Assembly (NCBI GenBank): GCA_029936195.1
Contig: JAPYUH010000001.1
Coordinates: 10,741-74,740, forward strand
Length of the DNA stretch: 64,000 nucleotides
Origin: Alphaproteobacteria bacterium
GTDB taxonomy: Bacteria > Pseudomonadota > Alphaproteobacteria > GCA-2731375
Direction of reading: 5' to 3'
This document shows, piece after piece, positions 1 through 9,955 of this stretch (positions are counted from its first letter, which is position 1; every line of letters starts with the position of its first letter). Both the position numbers and the translations under genes were made by a program. The notes beneath the pieces are model-generated. The model made no database searches. It saw only the letters and a list, made by a program, of their open reading frames with translations, and was not told the DNA's origin.

Positions 1-2221
1 CCAGGTGAAGTTTGCCATCATGCATGACTGCCAGGCGGCTGGCGATGGATAGCCCCAGGCCAACGCCCTCGTGTTCGCGAGTGATATTGGTCTCCAGTTG
101 GCTGAATGGCTGCAAGGCCCGTTCGATATCGCCCGCCGCCATGCCGACGCCGCTCTCTTTTACCGATAGCACGAACCAACCTTGCCGGTTCAACCTGCTT
201 TCAACCTTAATGGAGCCGCCGGCCGGCGTGAATTTCATGGAATTGCCGATTAGATTGACCAAGATCTGCTTGATCCGCCGGCCATCGACATTGATCGTCC
301 TTGCCCCGCCTTGCAGATCAACGGAAAGTTCAATAGCCGCTTCGCCGGCGCGGCTCTCAAAGAGCCGGGTGCAATCGGCAACCAATGCAGCGACATCCTC
401 TACCCCCTCCTTCAGAGTCATTTCCTCGGCATCGATCTGACTTAAATCCAAAATATCGCTGATCAGGCCCAACAGAAATTGGCCGCTACCTTGGATATCC
501 TTGCCGTACTGCACATAGGATGGGTTTTCGATGGAGCCGAACATTTCGGACCCGATGATCTCTGAAAAACTGATGATTGCATTCAACGGCGTTCGCAATT
601 CGTGGCTGACATTGGCCAAAAATCGCGACTTGGCGAGATTGGCGCTTTCGGCCCGGTCCTTGGCGTCGCGCAATTCGGCCTCGGTTTTCTTCCGCTCGGT
701 GATATCGACGCCAAGGATGATGGTGCCGCCATCGGACAGACGCCGATCCACAACCTGATACCAGCGGCCATTGGGATGGACCAGTTCGTAGGGCTGGCTG
801 GCCGCGCGATGCCGGCGCACGCGGTCTTCAATGTCATACAGTCGTTTGCCGTCACCGGTATCGGCAAAGATATTGGCGACTTCTTGGAATGAAATGCCCG
901 GATGTAGTTTATCGGCAAACCCAGGATGGAATCCGCGATAGGCGTCATTGCAAATGACCAGGAAATCGTCCGCATCATAAAGGGTCACGGGGTCGCCGGT
1001 GCCGCCGATCGCCCTGGCCAGATGCTCGCTGGCTGACCGCGCTTCCTGTCGGGCGGTGATTTCATCGGTGATGTCGGTGCTGACACCGAAATAGCCCTGA
1101 AAGACGCCGTTCTCGTCAAACACCGGCTTGCCGCTGCTTCTGATCCAAATAGTCCGGCCGCTTGGCAGAACGCGCCGGAATTGAAAGTTTTTGAAGGGCT
1201 TTTGTGCGTGCAGGCCGGCCATGTGCGGGTCCCAAAGTTCGGGGTCGGCACTACCCCTGCGTCGGTGCTTGCCGATAAAGTAGGAAGGCGGCAGCCCGGT
1301 GATTGTTTCAACTTTATCCGCCATCCAACTAAAACGCAGGTCCGCATCCATCTCCCATAGCCAATCCGACCCGATCTCGGCAAAATCACGAAATTCTTGC
1401 TCGCTCTGCCGTTGCGCCTCAAAGGCCCGCAATCTGTTCAATTCCGCCGCCGCGCGGGCGGCGAAAATCTCCATCACCGGCAGAACGGTGTAATCGTCCG
1501 GCAAGGGTGCCACGTCGAAGGCCGCCAGTACCCCCGAGGCAGCGCCATCGGCGTCAAACAAGGGTGCGCCCACGTAACTTTCGATCTTCAGCGCGGCCAG
1601 AATTTCGTTCTCCGGAAACAGCTTATAGGCCGCGGCGTGATGCACCACAACGGTTTGACCCATGATGCCGGTGCTGGGATCGGCTGGCATGGGGAAGCTC
1701 ATATCATCTATTTCAGCGCCGATTTCGCTCGCGGCCAGGGTTGTCAAATAGCCGCCATTCGCCATTTCCGGAGCCGCGATTATGACCCATTTCATCTCCA
1801 GCGACCGTGACAGGGCATTGGTCAGATTCTGCATGAATCCCTGGCCGACCAAATGGGAGACGGCCTCGGCGATGTTGGCGACGGCGGCTTCCAGGCGGCG
1901 CGATGCCGTGATGTCCGTGTAGGTGGAAATAAGTTCGCCGCGCGGTGTGATCTGCTGTCGAATATCCAGGATCAGCCCGCTGGGCGTTTCGCGCTGAAAT
2001 CGAAAGGCGCCGTCTCTGGCCAGAACCTTTTTTCGCTCCGCCGCGATCACCCGGTATTCGCCCGGACCCAGATCGCCCCGTTTGGCAATAAATTCAAATA
2101 CATCCGCTTGCCGCGCCCCGATAAAGGCGACATCTTCTGGTAATTCAGTGAAATCCAGAAACTGTTGGTTGAAATACTGGACAATCCCATCGGCCGAGCA
2201 GATGTAGATGGCCTGATCCAT
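1..2221 (-). CDS. Multi-PAS/GAF sensor histidine kinase; the ORF runs off the window start, so its 3' end is missing
   Basis: Hand translation of the minus strand from ATG at 2221 gives an uninterrupted frame to position 1. It contains several PAS-like segments, a HisKA motif (ANVSHELRTPLNAI) and HATPase_c G-boxes (HEGVGLGLSIA). The track omits it because no stop codon lies inside the window. Confidence 0.85.
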   Translation of the reverse strand, partial: MDQAIYICSADGIVQYFNQQFLDFTELPEDVAFIGARQADVFEFIAKRGDLGPGEYRVIAAERKKVLARDGAFRFQRETPSGLILDIRQQITPRGELISTYTDITASRRLEAAVANIAEAVSHLVGQGFMQNLTNALSRSLEMKWVIIAAPEMANGGYLTTLAASEIGAEIDDMSFPMPADPSTGIMGQTVVVHHAAAYKLFPENEILAALKIESYVGAPLFDADGAASGVLAAFDVAPLPDDYTVLPVMEIFAARAAAELNRLRAFEAQRQSEQEFRDFAEIGSDWLWEMDADLRFSWMADKVETITGLPPSYFIGKHRRRGSADPELWDPHMAGLHAQKPFKNFQFRRVLPSGRTIWIRSSGKPVFDENGVFQGYFGVSTDITDEITARQEARSASEHLARAIGGTGDPVTLYDADDFLVICNDAYRGFHPGFADKLHPGISFQEVANIFADTGDGKRLYDIEDRVRRHRAASQPYELVHPNGRWYQVVDRRLSDGGTIILGVDITERKKTEAELRDAKDRAESANLAKSRFLANVSHELRTPLNAIISFSEIIGSEMFGSIENPSYVQYGKDIQGSGQFLLGLISDILDLSQIDAEEMTLKEGVEDVAALVADCTRLFESRAGEAAIELSVDLQGGARTINVDGRRIKQILVNLIGNSMKFTPAGGSIKVESRLNRQGWFVLSVKESGVGMAAGDIERALQPFSQLETNITREHEGVGLGLSIASRLAVMHDGKLHL

Positions 2222-2406
2222 TTTTCCCGTCTCGGGATCAGTATCCAATTTCGACAATATGGTCCGGTACTCCGACAACGCCTACTCGCCTAATACCAAT
2301 TGATGCGCGGATCGCTAATTCCTAGTTATACCCTAATCGCAATAGATGAAGAGAATACTATAATTGCAAGACCTTTGAGTCGGAATCCGGCGCCGAAAAT
2401 AGCCAG

Positions 2407-2841
2407 CTATTTTTCGGATTTGACCAGTGCCGTGCGGCGGCTATCGAGCATTTTCAGGATGGCGCCCAAGGTGCGGTCCGATTTCAGGACTCCGCCGCGC
2501 CCCAACAATTGGTAGCCGGACGGCCGGCGGCCCTGTTTGCTCCGTTTAAGAATAGAATACATGGGCACCGCCGATACCTGCCCGTACACGGCAAATACCG
2601 CACCGCTTTCGTTCCAATCCATGGCGTAGTCCAGCCAATCTCCGGCGATGACGCCACGGCTGTATGATTGCAGGATTTCGCGCAATTCCTGGCGGTTGAA
2701 AAAATCAGGCTTTCCCCTGGGGTAGGAGCCGCCGGCCTTGGGGTGGTGCCGGCGACGGGCCTGGTCGAAAGTGACAACCTCGGTCATCAGTATTTTATTC
2801 TCCGCCCTGATGGCATCAACGTCCCCTATTGTGTCATGCAT
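2407..2841 (-). CDS. DUF2794-family conserved alphaproteobacterial protein
   Basis: The C-terminal 145 aa of track ORF 2407..3066 match the DUF2794 pattern (VVTFDQ...LREILQSYSRGVIAGDWLDYAMD...VFAVYGQVSAVPMYSI). The upstream extension overlaps the ABC ATPase gene in another frame, so I chose the internal ATG at 2841, which gives an ATGCATGA start/stop overlap. Confidence 0.6.
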   Translation of the reverse strand: MHDTIGDVDAIRAENKILMTEVVTFDQARRRHHPKAGGSYPRGKPDFFNRQELREILQSYSRGVIAGDWLDYAMDWNESGAVFAVYGQVSAVPMYSILKRSKQGRRPSGYQLLGRGGVLKSDRTLGAILKMLDSRRTALVKSEK

Positions 2842-3799
2842 AATGGCAAGACGCCATATGTCCGTTGTCGATTTTCCGTAAGCTGGGAATTTCCTCCCGG
2901 CAACGGGATTGCACATGGGTACAGCGGTCGGCGAAGGCGCAGCCCCCATGCCGTTGGGTCTGGCTGCCAATCTGGCCCCCCAGGGCCGGGCGTTTGCGGC
3001 GGCCGGCACCGATTTTGGGCACGGCATCGAACAGGGCCCGGGTGTAGGGATGGGCCGGCTTGGCAAATAACTGCGTTCGGCTGGCCTGTTCCACCACCCG
3101 GCCCAGGTACATCACCGCGACCTGATCGCAGACATAGTCCACGACACCGAGATCATGGCTGATCAACATATAGGTGACGCCATATTCCTGGGCCAGATCC
3201 TGCATCAGGTTTAGAACCTGAGCCTGAACCGAGACATCGAGGGCCGAGACCGGTTCGTCCGCGACGATCAGGCGGGGACGGGTGACCAGGGCGCGGGCGA
3301 TGGCAATGCGTTGGCGCTGACCGCCGGAAAATTCGTGGGGGTATTTGTCCAGATCGGCGGCGCGCAATCCGACAGCATCAATGGCCTTGGCGACGGCGTC
3401 GTCGCCGCCCGCCGCCCGCTCGCCGGCTGGCAGGGCATCCAAGGTTTCGCCCACGATGCGGCGCACCGTATGGCGTGGATCAAGTGAACCGTACGGATCC
3501 TGAAAGACCATTTGGAACCGGGCCCGGGCCCGGCGCAGTTCGCGGGCCGACAGTTTGTTCAGATCCTGGCCCAGGATCTCAATCCCGCCGGATGTGGGCC
3601 GGTCCAGGGCCATGCACAGCCGGGCCAAGGTGGATTTACCGCAACCCGATTCCCCGACCACGCCCAAACTGCGCCCCGCTTCAATCTCCAGATCGACGCC
3701 GTTCAGGGCGAAAACGGTTTCGGGCCGGCGAAACAGACTTTCCCGCGGCAGCACGAACTGGCGGTGAAGATCCCGGGTGCGCAGGACAATCTCGGCCAT
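2834..3799 (-). CDS. Oligopeptide/dipeptide ABC transporter ATP-binding protein (DppF/OppF-like)
   Basis: Walker A (GESGCGKST), ABC signature (LSGGQRQR), Walker B, and a C-terminal oligopeptide-ABC extension with Cys-rich tail. Confidence 0.85.
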   Translation of the reverse strand: MAEIVLRTRDLHRQFVLPRESLFRRPETVFALNGVDLEIEAGRSLGVVGESGCGKSTLARLCMALDRPTSGGIEILGQDLNKLSARELRRARARFQMVFQDPYGSLDPRHTVRRIVGETLDALPAGERAAGGDDAVAKAIDAVGLRAADLDKYPHEFSGGQRQRIAIARALVTRPRLIVADEPVSALDVSVQAQVLNLMQDLAQEYGVTYMLISHDLGVVDYVCDQVAVMYLGRVVEQASRTQLFAKPAHPYTRALFDAVPKIGAGRRKRPALGGQIGSQTQRHGGCAFADRCTHVQSRCREEIPSLRKIDNGHMASCHYA

Positions 3800-4776
3800 T
3801 AGCCCACCCCCTCCACATGGTGACAGGCCGTTTGGTGCACGGTCCCCCGGGGACCGATGGCGGCCATTTTAGGTACCTGGCGCCAGCAGATATCGGTGGC
3901 CATGGCACAGCGGTCGGCGAAGGTGCAGGCGGGCGGAAGGTCGGTCAGCTCTGGAACGGTTCCACGAATTGTTTGCAGACGGTCCGGCCGGGCCGCGCCG
4001 GGGCGGGGGACGGCGGCGAACAGGCCTTGGCTGTAGGGATGGGCGAGGTTGTTGAACAGGTTGTCGGTGTCGCCTTGTTCCACCACGGCGCCGCCATACA
4101 TCACCGCCACCTTGTCCACGGTTTCGCCAATTACCCCCAGATCATGACTGATCAGGATCAGGCCCATGCCGCTGTCTTCCACCAGTTCGTTGATCAGGCC
4201 CAGGATCTGACCTTGTATGGTGACATCCAGGGCGGTGGTTGGCTCGTCCGCCAGCAGGATATCCGGAGCGCAGCTTAAGGCGATGGCGATCATCACCCGC
4301 TGCCGCTGGCCGCCCGACAATTGGTGCGGATAGGCATTGATGCGCCGGGCCGGATCGGGCAGTCCGACCCTGTCCAACAGACGCAAAACCTCTTCCTGGG
4401 CGCCGGCGCCCCGCAGGCCGCGGTGGAGCCTCAGAGGTTCTACGATTTGCCGGCCGATCCGGTGCACCGGGTTCAGAGAGGTCATGGGCTCCTGAAATAT
4501 CATCGCGATGCGGTTGCCGCGAATGCGGCACAGGGCGGCTTCATCCAGGGACAGAAGATCGGTACCGTCCAGTTCGATCCGCCCCGTCGCGCGGGCGCCG
4601 TCGGGCAGCAGGCCCAACAGGGACAGGGCGGTGATGGATTTGCCGCAACCGGATTCGCCGACAATTCCCAGGGTGCCGCCCCGCTCCAACTCAAATGATA
4701 CGCCCCGCACGGCGGCAGCCATGCCCCGGCTGGTTTGCAGTTCGACCGTCAGATCCTCGACCGAGAGCAGCGCCAT
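3799..4776 (-). CDS. Oligopeptide/dipeptide ABC transporter ATP-binding protein (DppD/OppD-like)
   Basis: GESGCGKS Walker A and LSGGQRQRV signature. I chose the start at MALLSVEDL (ATG 4776) rather than the track's upstream extension, which would overlap the permease gene. Confidence 0.85.
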   Translation of the reverse strand: MALLSVEDLTVELQTSRGMAAAVRGVSFELERGGTLGIVGESGCGKSITALSLLGLLPDGARATGRIELDGTDLLSLDEAALCRIRGNRIAMIFQEPMTSLNPVHRIGRQIVEPLRLHRGLRGAGAQEEVLRLLDRVGLPDPARRINAYPHQLSGGQRQRVMIAIALSCAPDILLADEPTTALDVTIQGQILGLINELVEDSGMGLILISHDLGVIGETVDKVAVMYGGAVVEQGDTDNLFNNLAHPYSQGLFAAVPRPGAARPDRLQTIRGTVPELTDLPPACTFADRCAMATDICWRQVPKMAAIGPRGTVHQTACHHVEGVG

Positions 4777-4781
4777 TGCCC

Positions 4782-5666
4782 CTACCTCCGCCGTGCCAGG
4801 CGCGGGTCGACCAGATCGCGCAGGCCGTCGCCGATCAGGTTCAGTCCCAGCACAGAGAGAACAATGGCCAAGCCCGGCCAGACCGCGATGACTGGTTTGA
4901 AAAAGATATACTTCTGGCTCTCGGCCAGCATACGGCCCCAACTTGGATCAGGTGGTTGCGAGCCGACGCCAAGATAGCTCAAGGCGGCCTCGGCCAGGAT
5001 GGCGATGGCAAAGGAAATCGTCGCCTGCACCACGATGACAGAGATGATGTTGGGCAGCACATGGCCAAATGTAATAGCCACGTCGCCCTTGCCGGCGGCG
5101 CGGGCGGCGAGGACGAATTCCCTCTCCCACATGCCGATGGCGGCACCGCGAACCTGCCGGGCAAAGACGGAAATATTGTAGATGCCCAGGGCCAGAATGG
5201 CGTTGGTGATGCCCGGCCCCCAGCCGGCGGTGAGCAGAATGGCGATCAGAATGACCGGAAAAGCCATGTTCAGATCGCTGACCCGCATGATTGCATCCTC
5301 GGTCCAACCGCGCCGGGCGGCGGCCCACAAACCGAGGCTGACGCCGATCACGGCGCCGAGACTAACGGCAATCAAACCCACGACGATGGACGTTTGCGCC
5401 CCGGCCATGATCATGGACAGGATATCCCGGCCAAATTGATCCGTGCCGAACCAATGGCTCATGCTAGGCGGCTTCAATTTCTGGGAAATGACGATTTCCG
5501 TCGGCGAATGGGGCGTCCAGAACAAAGACAACAGTGCCAGGAAGATCATCGTGCCGGTCAGGACAAGGCCGATCATGAAAGCCCGGTGGCGCAGGGCCCG
5601 ATGGATAAAATCTGGCTTCGTGGCGGCCACGGATGCTTCGGTTGTCACTGTTTCTGTTTGCGCCAT
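4782..5666 (-). CDS. ABC transporter permease (DppC/OppC-like)
   Basis: Multi-TM protein with the BPD_transp_1 EAA-like region. Start trimmed to MAQTETV (ATG 5666) so that it sits downstream of the preceding permease stop at 5675. Confidence 0.8.
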   Translation of the reverse strand: MAQTETVTTEASVAATKPDFIHRALRHRAFMIGLVLTGTMIFLALLSLFWTPHSPTEIVISQKLKPPSMSHWFGTDQFGRDILSMIMAGAQTSIVVGLIAVSLGAVIGVSLGLWAAARRGWTEDAIMRVSDLNMAFPVILIAILLTAGWGPGITNAILALGIYNISVFARQVRGAAIGMWEREFVLAARAAGKGDVAITFGHVLPNIISVIVVQATISFAIAILAEAALSYLGVGSQPPDPSWGRMLAESQKYIFFKPVIAVWPGLAIVLSVLGLNLIGDGLRDLVDPRLARRR

Positions 5667-5674
5667 CGCCCGCC

Positions 5675-6622
5675 TCAAGCCTGAATTCGAATGCGCGGGT
5701 CGACCAGGGCGTAAAGTATATCGACCACGAAATTGACCACCACGACGATGGCCGCGAACAACAACACGACGTTTTTCACCACCATCAGATCGCGGTTGGA
5801 GATCGCATCGAAAATCAATTTGCCCACGCCCGGCAGGGCGAACACATTCTCGATCACCAGGGTGCCGGTGACAACGGCGGAAACCAGGACCCCGCCGATG
5901 GTTAGAACCGGCACCAGGGCGTTGCGCAATACATGGCCCCACAGGGCGGCCCGGCGGCTCAACCCCTTGGCCCGCGCCGTACGCACAAAGTCTTCCCGCG
6001 CCACCTCCAAAATAGATGATCTTGTGACCCGGGTCATAATGGCCGTCAAACTCAAGGACAGGGTGAATACCGGCAGCATCAGGGACCGGACCCCGCGCCA
6101 GATGCCTTCCTCCCAGCCGGGAAAGCCCCCCGACGGCAGCCAGCGTAGGATTACCGCAAACAGAATGATCAGCAAAATTCCGAACCAGAAATCAGGGATC
6201 GCCAGGCCAAGTTGGGAAAATCCCATGACGCCGTAGTCGCCGACCCGGTTGTGATTGGTGGCGGCGAAAATGCCCAAAGACAAAGCGGCCAGGGTCGCCA
6301 CCACCATGGCCCCGATGGCGAGCGGCAGGGTGACGGCCAGGCGCTGGCCGATCAGCTCCGTCACCGGCACCTTGTAAACATAGGACAATCCCATCTCGCC
6401 CCGGAACAGGCCGGCGATCCAATCGGCGTATCGGATCGGGGCGGGGCGGTCCAGGCCCAATTCCAGGCGCAGCGCCTCAATGGCGCTGTCGGGGGCATCG
6501 ACCCCCAGCATGGTCAGGGCGGGATCGCCGGGCAGGACTTCCAACAGCAAAAAGATAATCACCGAGGCACCCGATACGGTGATCAGGAAGGTCAAAAAGC
6601 GCCGTGCCAGAAATACGGACAT
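5675..6622 (-). CDS. ABC transporter permease (DppB/OppB-like)
   Basis: Six-TM permease with a DppB-type N-terminus (MSVFLARRFL...) and conserved EAA loop. Confidence 0.85.
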   Translation of the reverse strand: MSVFLARRFLTFLITVSGASVIIFLLLEVLPGDPALTMLGVDAPDSAIEALRLELGLDRPAPIRYADWIAGLFRGEMGLSYVYKVPVTELIGQRLAVTLPLAIGAMVVATLAALSLGIFAATNHNRVGDYGVMGFSQLGLAIPDFWFGILLIILFAVILRWLPSGGFPGWEEGIWRGVRSLMLPVFTLSLSLTAIMTRVTRSSILEVAREDFVRTARAKGLSRRAALWGHVLRNALVPVLTIGGVLVSAVVTGTLVIENVFALPGVGKLIFDAISNRDLMVVKNVVLLFAAIVVVVNFVVDILYALVDPRIRIQA

Positions 6623-6753
6623 CCTTCCGCTTTAACCTTGAACCGCATCAAGGGCAAGTTGGATTGCCACAATATGGCCGCAATCCTGTCCTCAACCAGC
6701 CCCATTTTCCCATCAATCTGACAATGCGAAAGGGCGGGAAAGGGAGCTTCATC

Positions 6754-6912
6754 ATGATCCTTGGCGATCTTGATCTGGATTGGGCCGAACAGGACCCGGA
6801 CTATTTGGCCCGGGTCAAGGCGTTCCTCCAATCCACTGGCAAGTCGGATAATTCCATGCCGAACCACCTCCTTGCACCAGATAGCCACCTGGCCGAACTT
6901 GGTCTAAAATAG
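6754..6912 (+). CDS. Small hypothetical protein (52 aa)
   Basis: ATG preceded by a strong SD (AAAGGGAG, 7 nt upstream). GC3-rich codon usage typical of the host. Lies directly upstream of the TauD-like gene. No recognisable family. Confidence 0.25.
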   Translation: MILGDLDLDWAEQDPDYLARVKAFLQSTGKSDNSMPNHLLAPDSHLAELGLK

Positions 6913-6955
6913 CAGCTCTGGACGGCCGTTTTTGGTGAGGTTATGGAGGTGCGAC

Positions 6956-7891
6956 ATGGTCCTCGAAGTGACGCCATTGAATGAACCCCTGGGCGCGGTC
7001 GTGCATGGCTGGGAACCCCATGCGTCGCTATCGAACCGGGACGTGGACGTCATTCGCGGTGGCTTGCGGGCGCATGCGGTGCTGGTGTTTCGCGGCCACG
7101 CGCGGCCGACCGACGATCAGTTGGTGCGTTTCGCCGAAACCTTCGGTGATCTGGTCAAGGGCTCGGAATGGTTTGGCGATATCGCGCCGAAACCGGAAAT
7201 CCTCCGGGTCAATAATCTGATTGACGATGACGGCGTGGCCCAAGGGACGGGTGCCTCGGACAGTCTGGAATGGCATTCCGATTATTCCTATGTACATACC
7301 GTGGGCAAGGAGAGTTTTCTGGAAGCGGTAGAGGTCCCCAGCGTCAAACCGCCCAAGACCTATTTTTGCAGCCAATATGATGCCTTCGATCGTTTGCCCG
7401 CCGCCCTTGCCGATAAACTGCGCGGCCTGCGGGCACACCATTCCATTACCAATTATGCCGCGGGCGGAAAACGCAGGCCCCATGAGGGAACACGGAATGG
7501 CGAGGACTTCCGCGATGATTTCCAAGCCAAGCGGGCGCGAAACCGTGAACTGGGTATCGAGCGCCCCGATATTCCGGAAGCGGAACACCCGGTAATTTTG
7601 CAGCATCCCGATACGGGCCGGGACATCCTTTACGTCAGCCGGGGCATAACCCGCCGTATTGTCGGCATGACAAAGGACGAAAGCGATGATCTTCTGAAAG
7701 AGCTGGCGGCGCATTCGACGCCGCCTGAATGTGTGTACGGCCATGAATGGCGGGTCGGCGACATGATCATGTTCGATACCCTGGGCACTCTGCACCGCCG
7801 GGATGCCTGGGACCCATCGGAACGCCGTGTAATGCGGCAGATGAGCACCTTGTGGACGCCGCCCGCGGAAACCGGCGCCAGCCCGCAATGA
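6956..7891 (+). CDS. TauD/TfdA-family Fe(II)/2-oxoglutarate-dependent dioxygenase
   Basis: TauD-like motifs (HSDYSY..., ...TLHRRD). ATG at 6956 has a GGAGG SD. The track start at TTG 6932 is rejected. Confidence 0.8.
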   Translation: MVLEVTPLNEPLGAVVHGWEPHASLSNRDVDVIRGGLRAHAVLVFRGHARPTDDQLVRFAETFGDLVKGSEWFGDIAPKPEILRVNNLIDDDGVAQGTGASDSLEWHSDYSYVHTVGKESFLEAVEVPSVKPPKTYFCSQYDAFDRLPAALADKLRGLRAHHSITNYAAGGKRRPHEGTRNGEDFRDDFQAKRARNRELGIERPDIPEAEHPVILQHPDTGRDILYVSRGITRRIVGMTKDESDDLLKELAAHSTPPECVYGHEWRVGDMIMFDTLGTLHRRDAWDPSERRVMRQMSTLWTPPAETGASPQ

Positions 7892-7902
7892 GCCCGCAAT
7901 GA
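7881..7902. repeat. Exact 11-bp tandem duplication (GCCCGCAATGA x2) spanning the TauD stop and GST start
   Basis: Copy 1 carries the TauD stop codon (TGA). Copy 2 carries the GST ATG. Confidence 0.7.
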
Positions 7903-8588
7903 GTATTGTATTTTACGATCTGATGGGCCGAGACGGCCGTAATTTCAGCCCCTATTGCTGGCGCACGCGCCTGGCCCTGGCCCACAAAGGGTTGGCGATC
8001 GAGCATCGGGGCACGCCTTTCACGGCCATTCGTGATGTCGGCGACGGCGGTTTCAAAACCGTGCCGATCATCGAGGACGGCGGGAAAATTATGGCTGAAT
8101 CCTTCGCCATCGCGCAATATCTCGAGGGCGAGTATCCCGACGCACCGTCCCTGTTCGGCGGGGCGGCGGGCGAAGGGTTGTGCAAATTCCTCCACAGCTG
8201 GACCAATAGCGTCGTCCATCCCGGCATTGCCGACCTGGTCCTGCTGGATATCTACGATCATGTCTGTGACCAGGACCGCGACTACATCCGCGCCAGCCGG
8301 GAGAAGATTTTTGGCAAGCCGTTGGAGGACGTTCAAGCCGGCCGCGAGAACCGCGTGGCGGGCTTTCGCGCCGCGCTGCATCCTCTGCGCCTGACGGTGC
8401 GTGGCCAGACATTCCTAGGCGGCGGGCAGCCGAACTATGGCGACTACATCGTCTTCGGCGCCTTTCAATGGGCCCGCGCCATCAGCGATTTCCGCCTGCT
8501 GGAGGATGATGATCCAATTTTCGGCTGGTTTCAAAGGGTGGCCGGGCTGTACGATGGGCTCGGCCAAAATGCGCCGGGTTACTATTAA
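7899..8588 (+). CDS. Glutathione S-transferase family protein
   Basis: GST N-terminal thioredoxin-like fold motif (FYDLMG...SPYCWRTRLALAHKGL...TVPII). Confidence 0.8.
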   Translation: MSIVFYDLMGRDGRNFSPYCWRTRLALAHKGLAIEHRGTPFTAIRDVGDGGFKTVPIIEDGGKIMAESFAIAQYLEGEYPDAPSLFGGAAGEGLCKFLHSWTNSVVHPGIADLVLLDIYDHVCDQDRDYIRASREKIFGKPLEDVQAGRENRVAGFRAALHPLRLTVRGQTFLGGGQPNYGDYIVFGAFQWARAISDFRLLEDDDPIFGWFQRVAGLYDGLGQNAPGYY

Positions 8589-8612
8589 TTTTGCGAATAG
8601 GGAAAGACTGAA

Positions 8613-9845
8613 ATGACCGAACTATATACCGGCGGCCTGCTGTTTCGTGGTGCGGGCGACATTATCGAGGGCCAAGCGGTCTTGGTTGAAGGCGGCAAGG
8701 TGGCCAAGGTTGCCCCGGCCGGTGAATTCGACGGTTTTTCAGGTGCCGCCATCGACACATCCGGCGGCACCTTGATGCCGGGCCTGTTCGATTGCCATGT
8801 ACATTTGTGTCTCGGCGCGGAAGGCGATCCGGGCACGGCGGCCGACAAGCTGTTGCCGGGCCAGATCACCATGAAGGCATTGGAGCGGGCGCAACGGACC
8901 CTGGCGGGCGGCGTCACCGCAATCCGGGATTGCGGCGGCAAGGATTTTCTGGAATTCGCCGTGCGTGATGCGGTCAACGGTGGCCAGCAAATGGGCCCGA
9001 CCATCCGTGCCTCGGGCAAGGTGATCTGCATGACGGGGGGCCATGGCAGCCGAAATGGCCGCATCGCCGACGGCATCGACGAGGTGGTCCGCGCCGTGCG
9101 CGAGCAGATCCATGCGGGCAGCGACCTGATCAAAATCATGGCCACGGGCGGCGTCATGACGCCGGGCGTCAATCCGGAGGACGCCCATTACACGGCCGAG
9201 GAAATAGCCGCCGGCATTTCCGAGGGCCGGCGCTTCAACAAACGCTCCGCCTCCCATGCCCAGGGCCGGGACGGCATATTGAATGCCGTGCGCGGCGGCA
9301 TTTCTTCTATTGAACACGGCATTTTCATGGATGATACCTGTGTCCGGGAAATGCTGGCCCAGGGTACCTATCTGGTGCCCACCGTCGCGGCCCTGCGCAA
9401 TATTCTCGAAAACAAGGGCAACGGCATCCCCGATTACGTGATCGAAAAGACCGAGCGCATCTCCGAGAACCATCGCCGTTCGATCCAGATGTACTATGCA
9501 GCGGGCGGCAATATTGCCATGGGCACCGATGCGGGAACGCCGTTCAACAAACACGGAGCCAACGCCATGGAGCTCGAATTCATGGCCGACCTGGGCGTCA
9601 AGCCCATCGACGCGCTATGCTTTGGCACCTCCGCCAGCGCCGATCTTATGGGGCTGGATGATCAGGGCCAGGTGGCGGTGGGCATGGCCGCCGATTTCCT
9701 GATCGTGGAGGGCAATCCCGGCGCGGACATCAAAATGGCCTCGCGCCTGGAAAACCACCGCCTGGTGATCAAGGGCGGCGTGGTGGTTTCCGGTCAGAAC
9801 GCCAGTGCTGCCGGTCCGGCATTTGGACGCATGGCGGCGTTCTGA
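8613..9845 (+). CDS. Amidohydrolase-family metal-dependent hydrolase
   Basis: Metal-binding HxH (CHVHL) and a downstream H/D pattern typical of imidazolonepropionase-like amidohydrolases. Confidence 0.8.
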   Translation: MTELYTGGLLFRGAGDIIEGQAVLVEGGKVAKVAPAGEFDGFSGAAIDTSGGTLMPGLFDCHVHLCLGAEGDPGTAADKLLPGQITMKALERAQRTLAGGVTAIRDCGGKDFLEFAVRDAVNGGQQMGPTIRASGKVICMTGGHGSRNGRIADGIDEVVRAVREQIHAGSDLIKIMATGGVMTPGVNPEDAHYTAEEIAAGISEGRRFNKRSASHAQGRDGILNAVRGGISSIEHGIFMDDTCVREMLAQGTYLVPTVAALRNILENKGNGIPDYVIEKTERISENHRRSIQMYYAAGGNIAMGTDAGTPFNKHGANAMELEFMADLGVKPIDALCFGTSASADLMGLDDQGQVAVGMAADFLIVEGNPGADIKMASRLENHRLVIKGGVVVSGQNASAAGPAFGRMAAF

Positions 9846-9891
9846 GTATCCTTCAAGTTTGAAAGCAAGCGCCAAGCCGCCCGCTCCCCAA

Positions 9892-9930
9892 CCCGGCCAC
9901 CCAATAATTATTATTCCGCGGGTGGCCGGG
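9892..9930. repeat. 11-bp perfect inverted repeat (CCCGGCCACCC-N17-GGGTGGCCGGG) between convergent genes
   Basis: GC-rich stem with an AT-rich loop. No flanking U tract. Confidence 0.5.
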
Positions 9931-9955
9931 TGGCTCGGAACCATCTTGAACAGTG

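Noticed and set aside
2393-2417. Hairpin CCGAAAAATAG-CTGGC-TATTTTTCGG at the end of the DUF2794 gene
   Set aside because: It overlaps the stop codon and has no downstream U tract on the coding (minus) strand, so it is not a convincing intrinsic terminator.
2407-3066. Upstream-extended versions of several track ORFs: 2407..3066, 22894..25050, 50673..54407, 17621..19240, 30663..32015, 33287..35608, 27686..29266, 11027..14521 and 6932..7891
   Set aside because: The track begins ORFs at the furthest upstream ATG/GTG/TTG. These extensions overlap neighbouring genes or AT-rich leaders and lack an SD. Internal ATG starts with an SD and with family-consistent N-termini were preferred.
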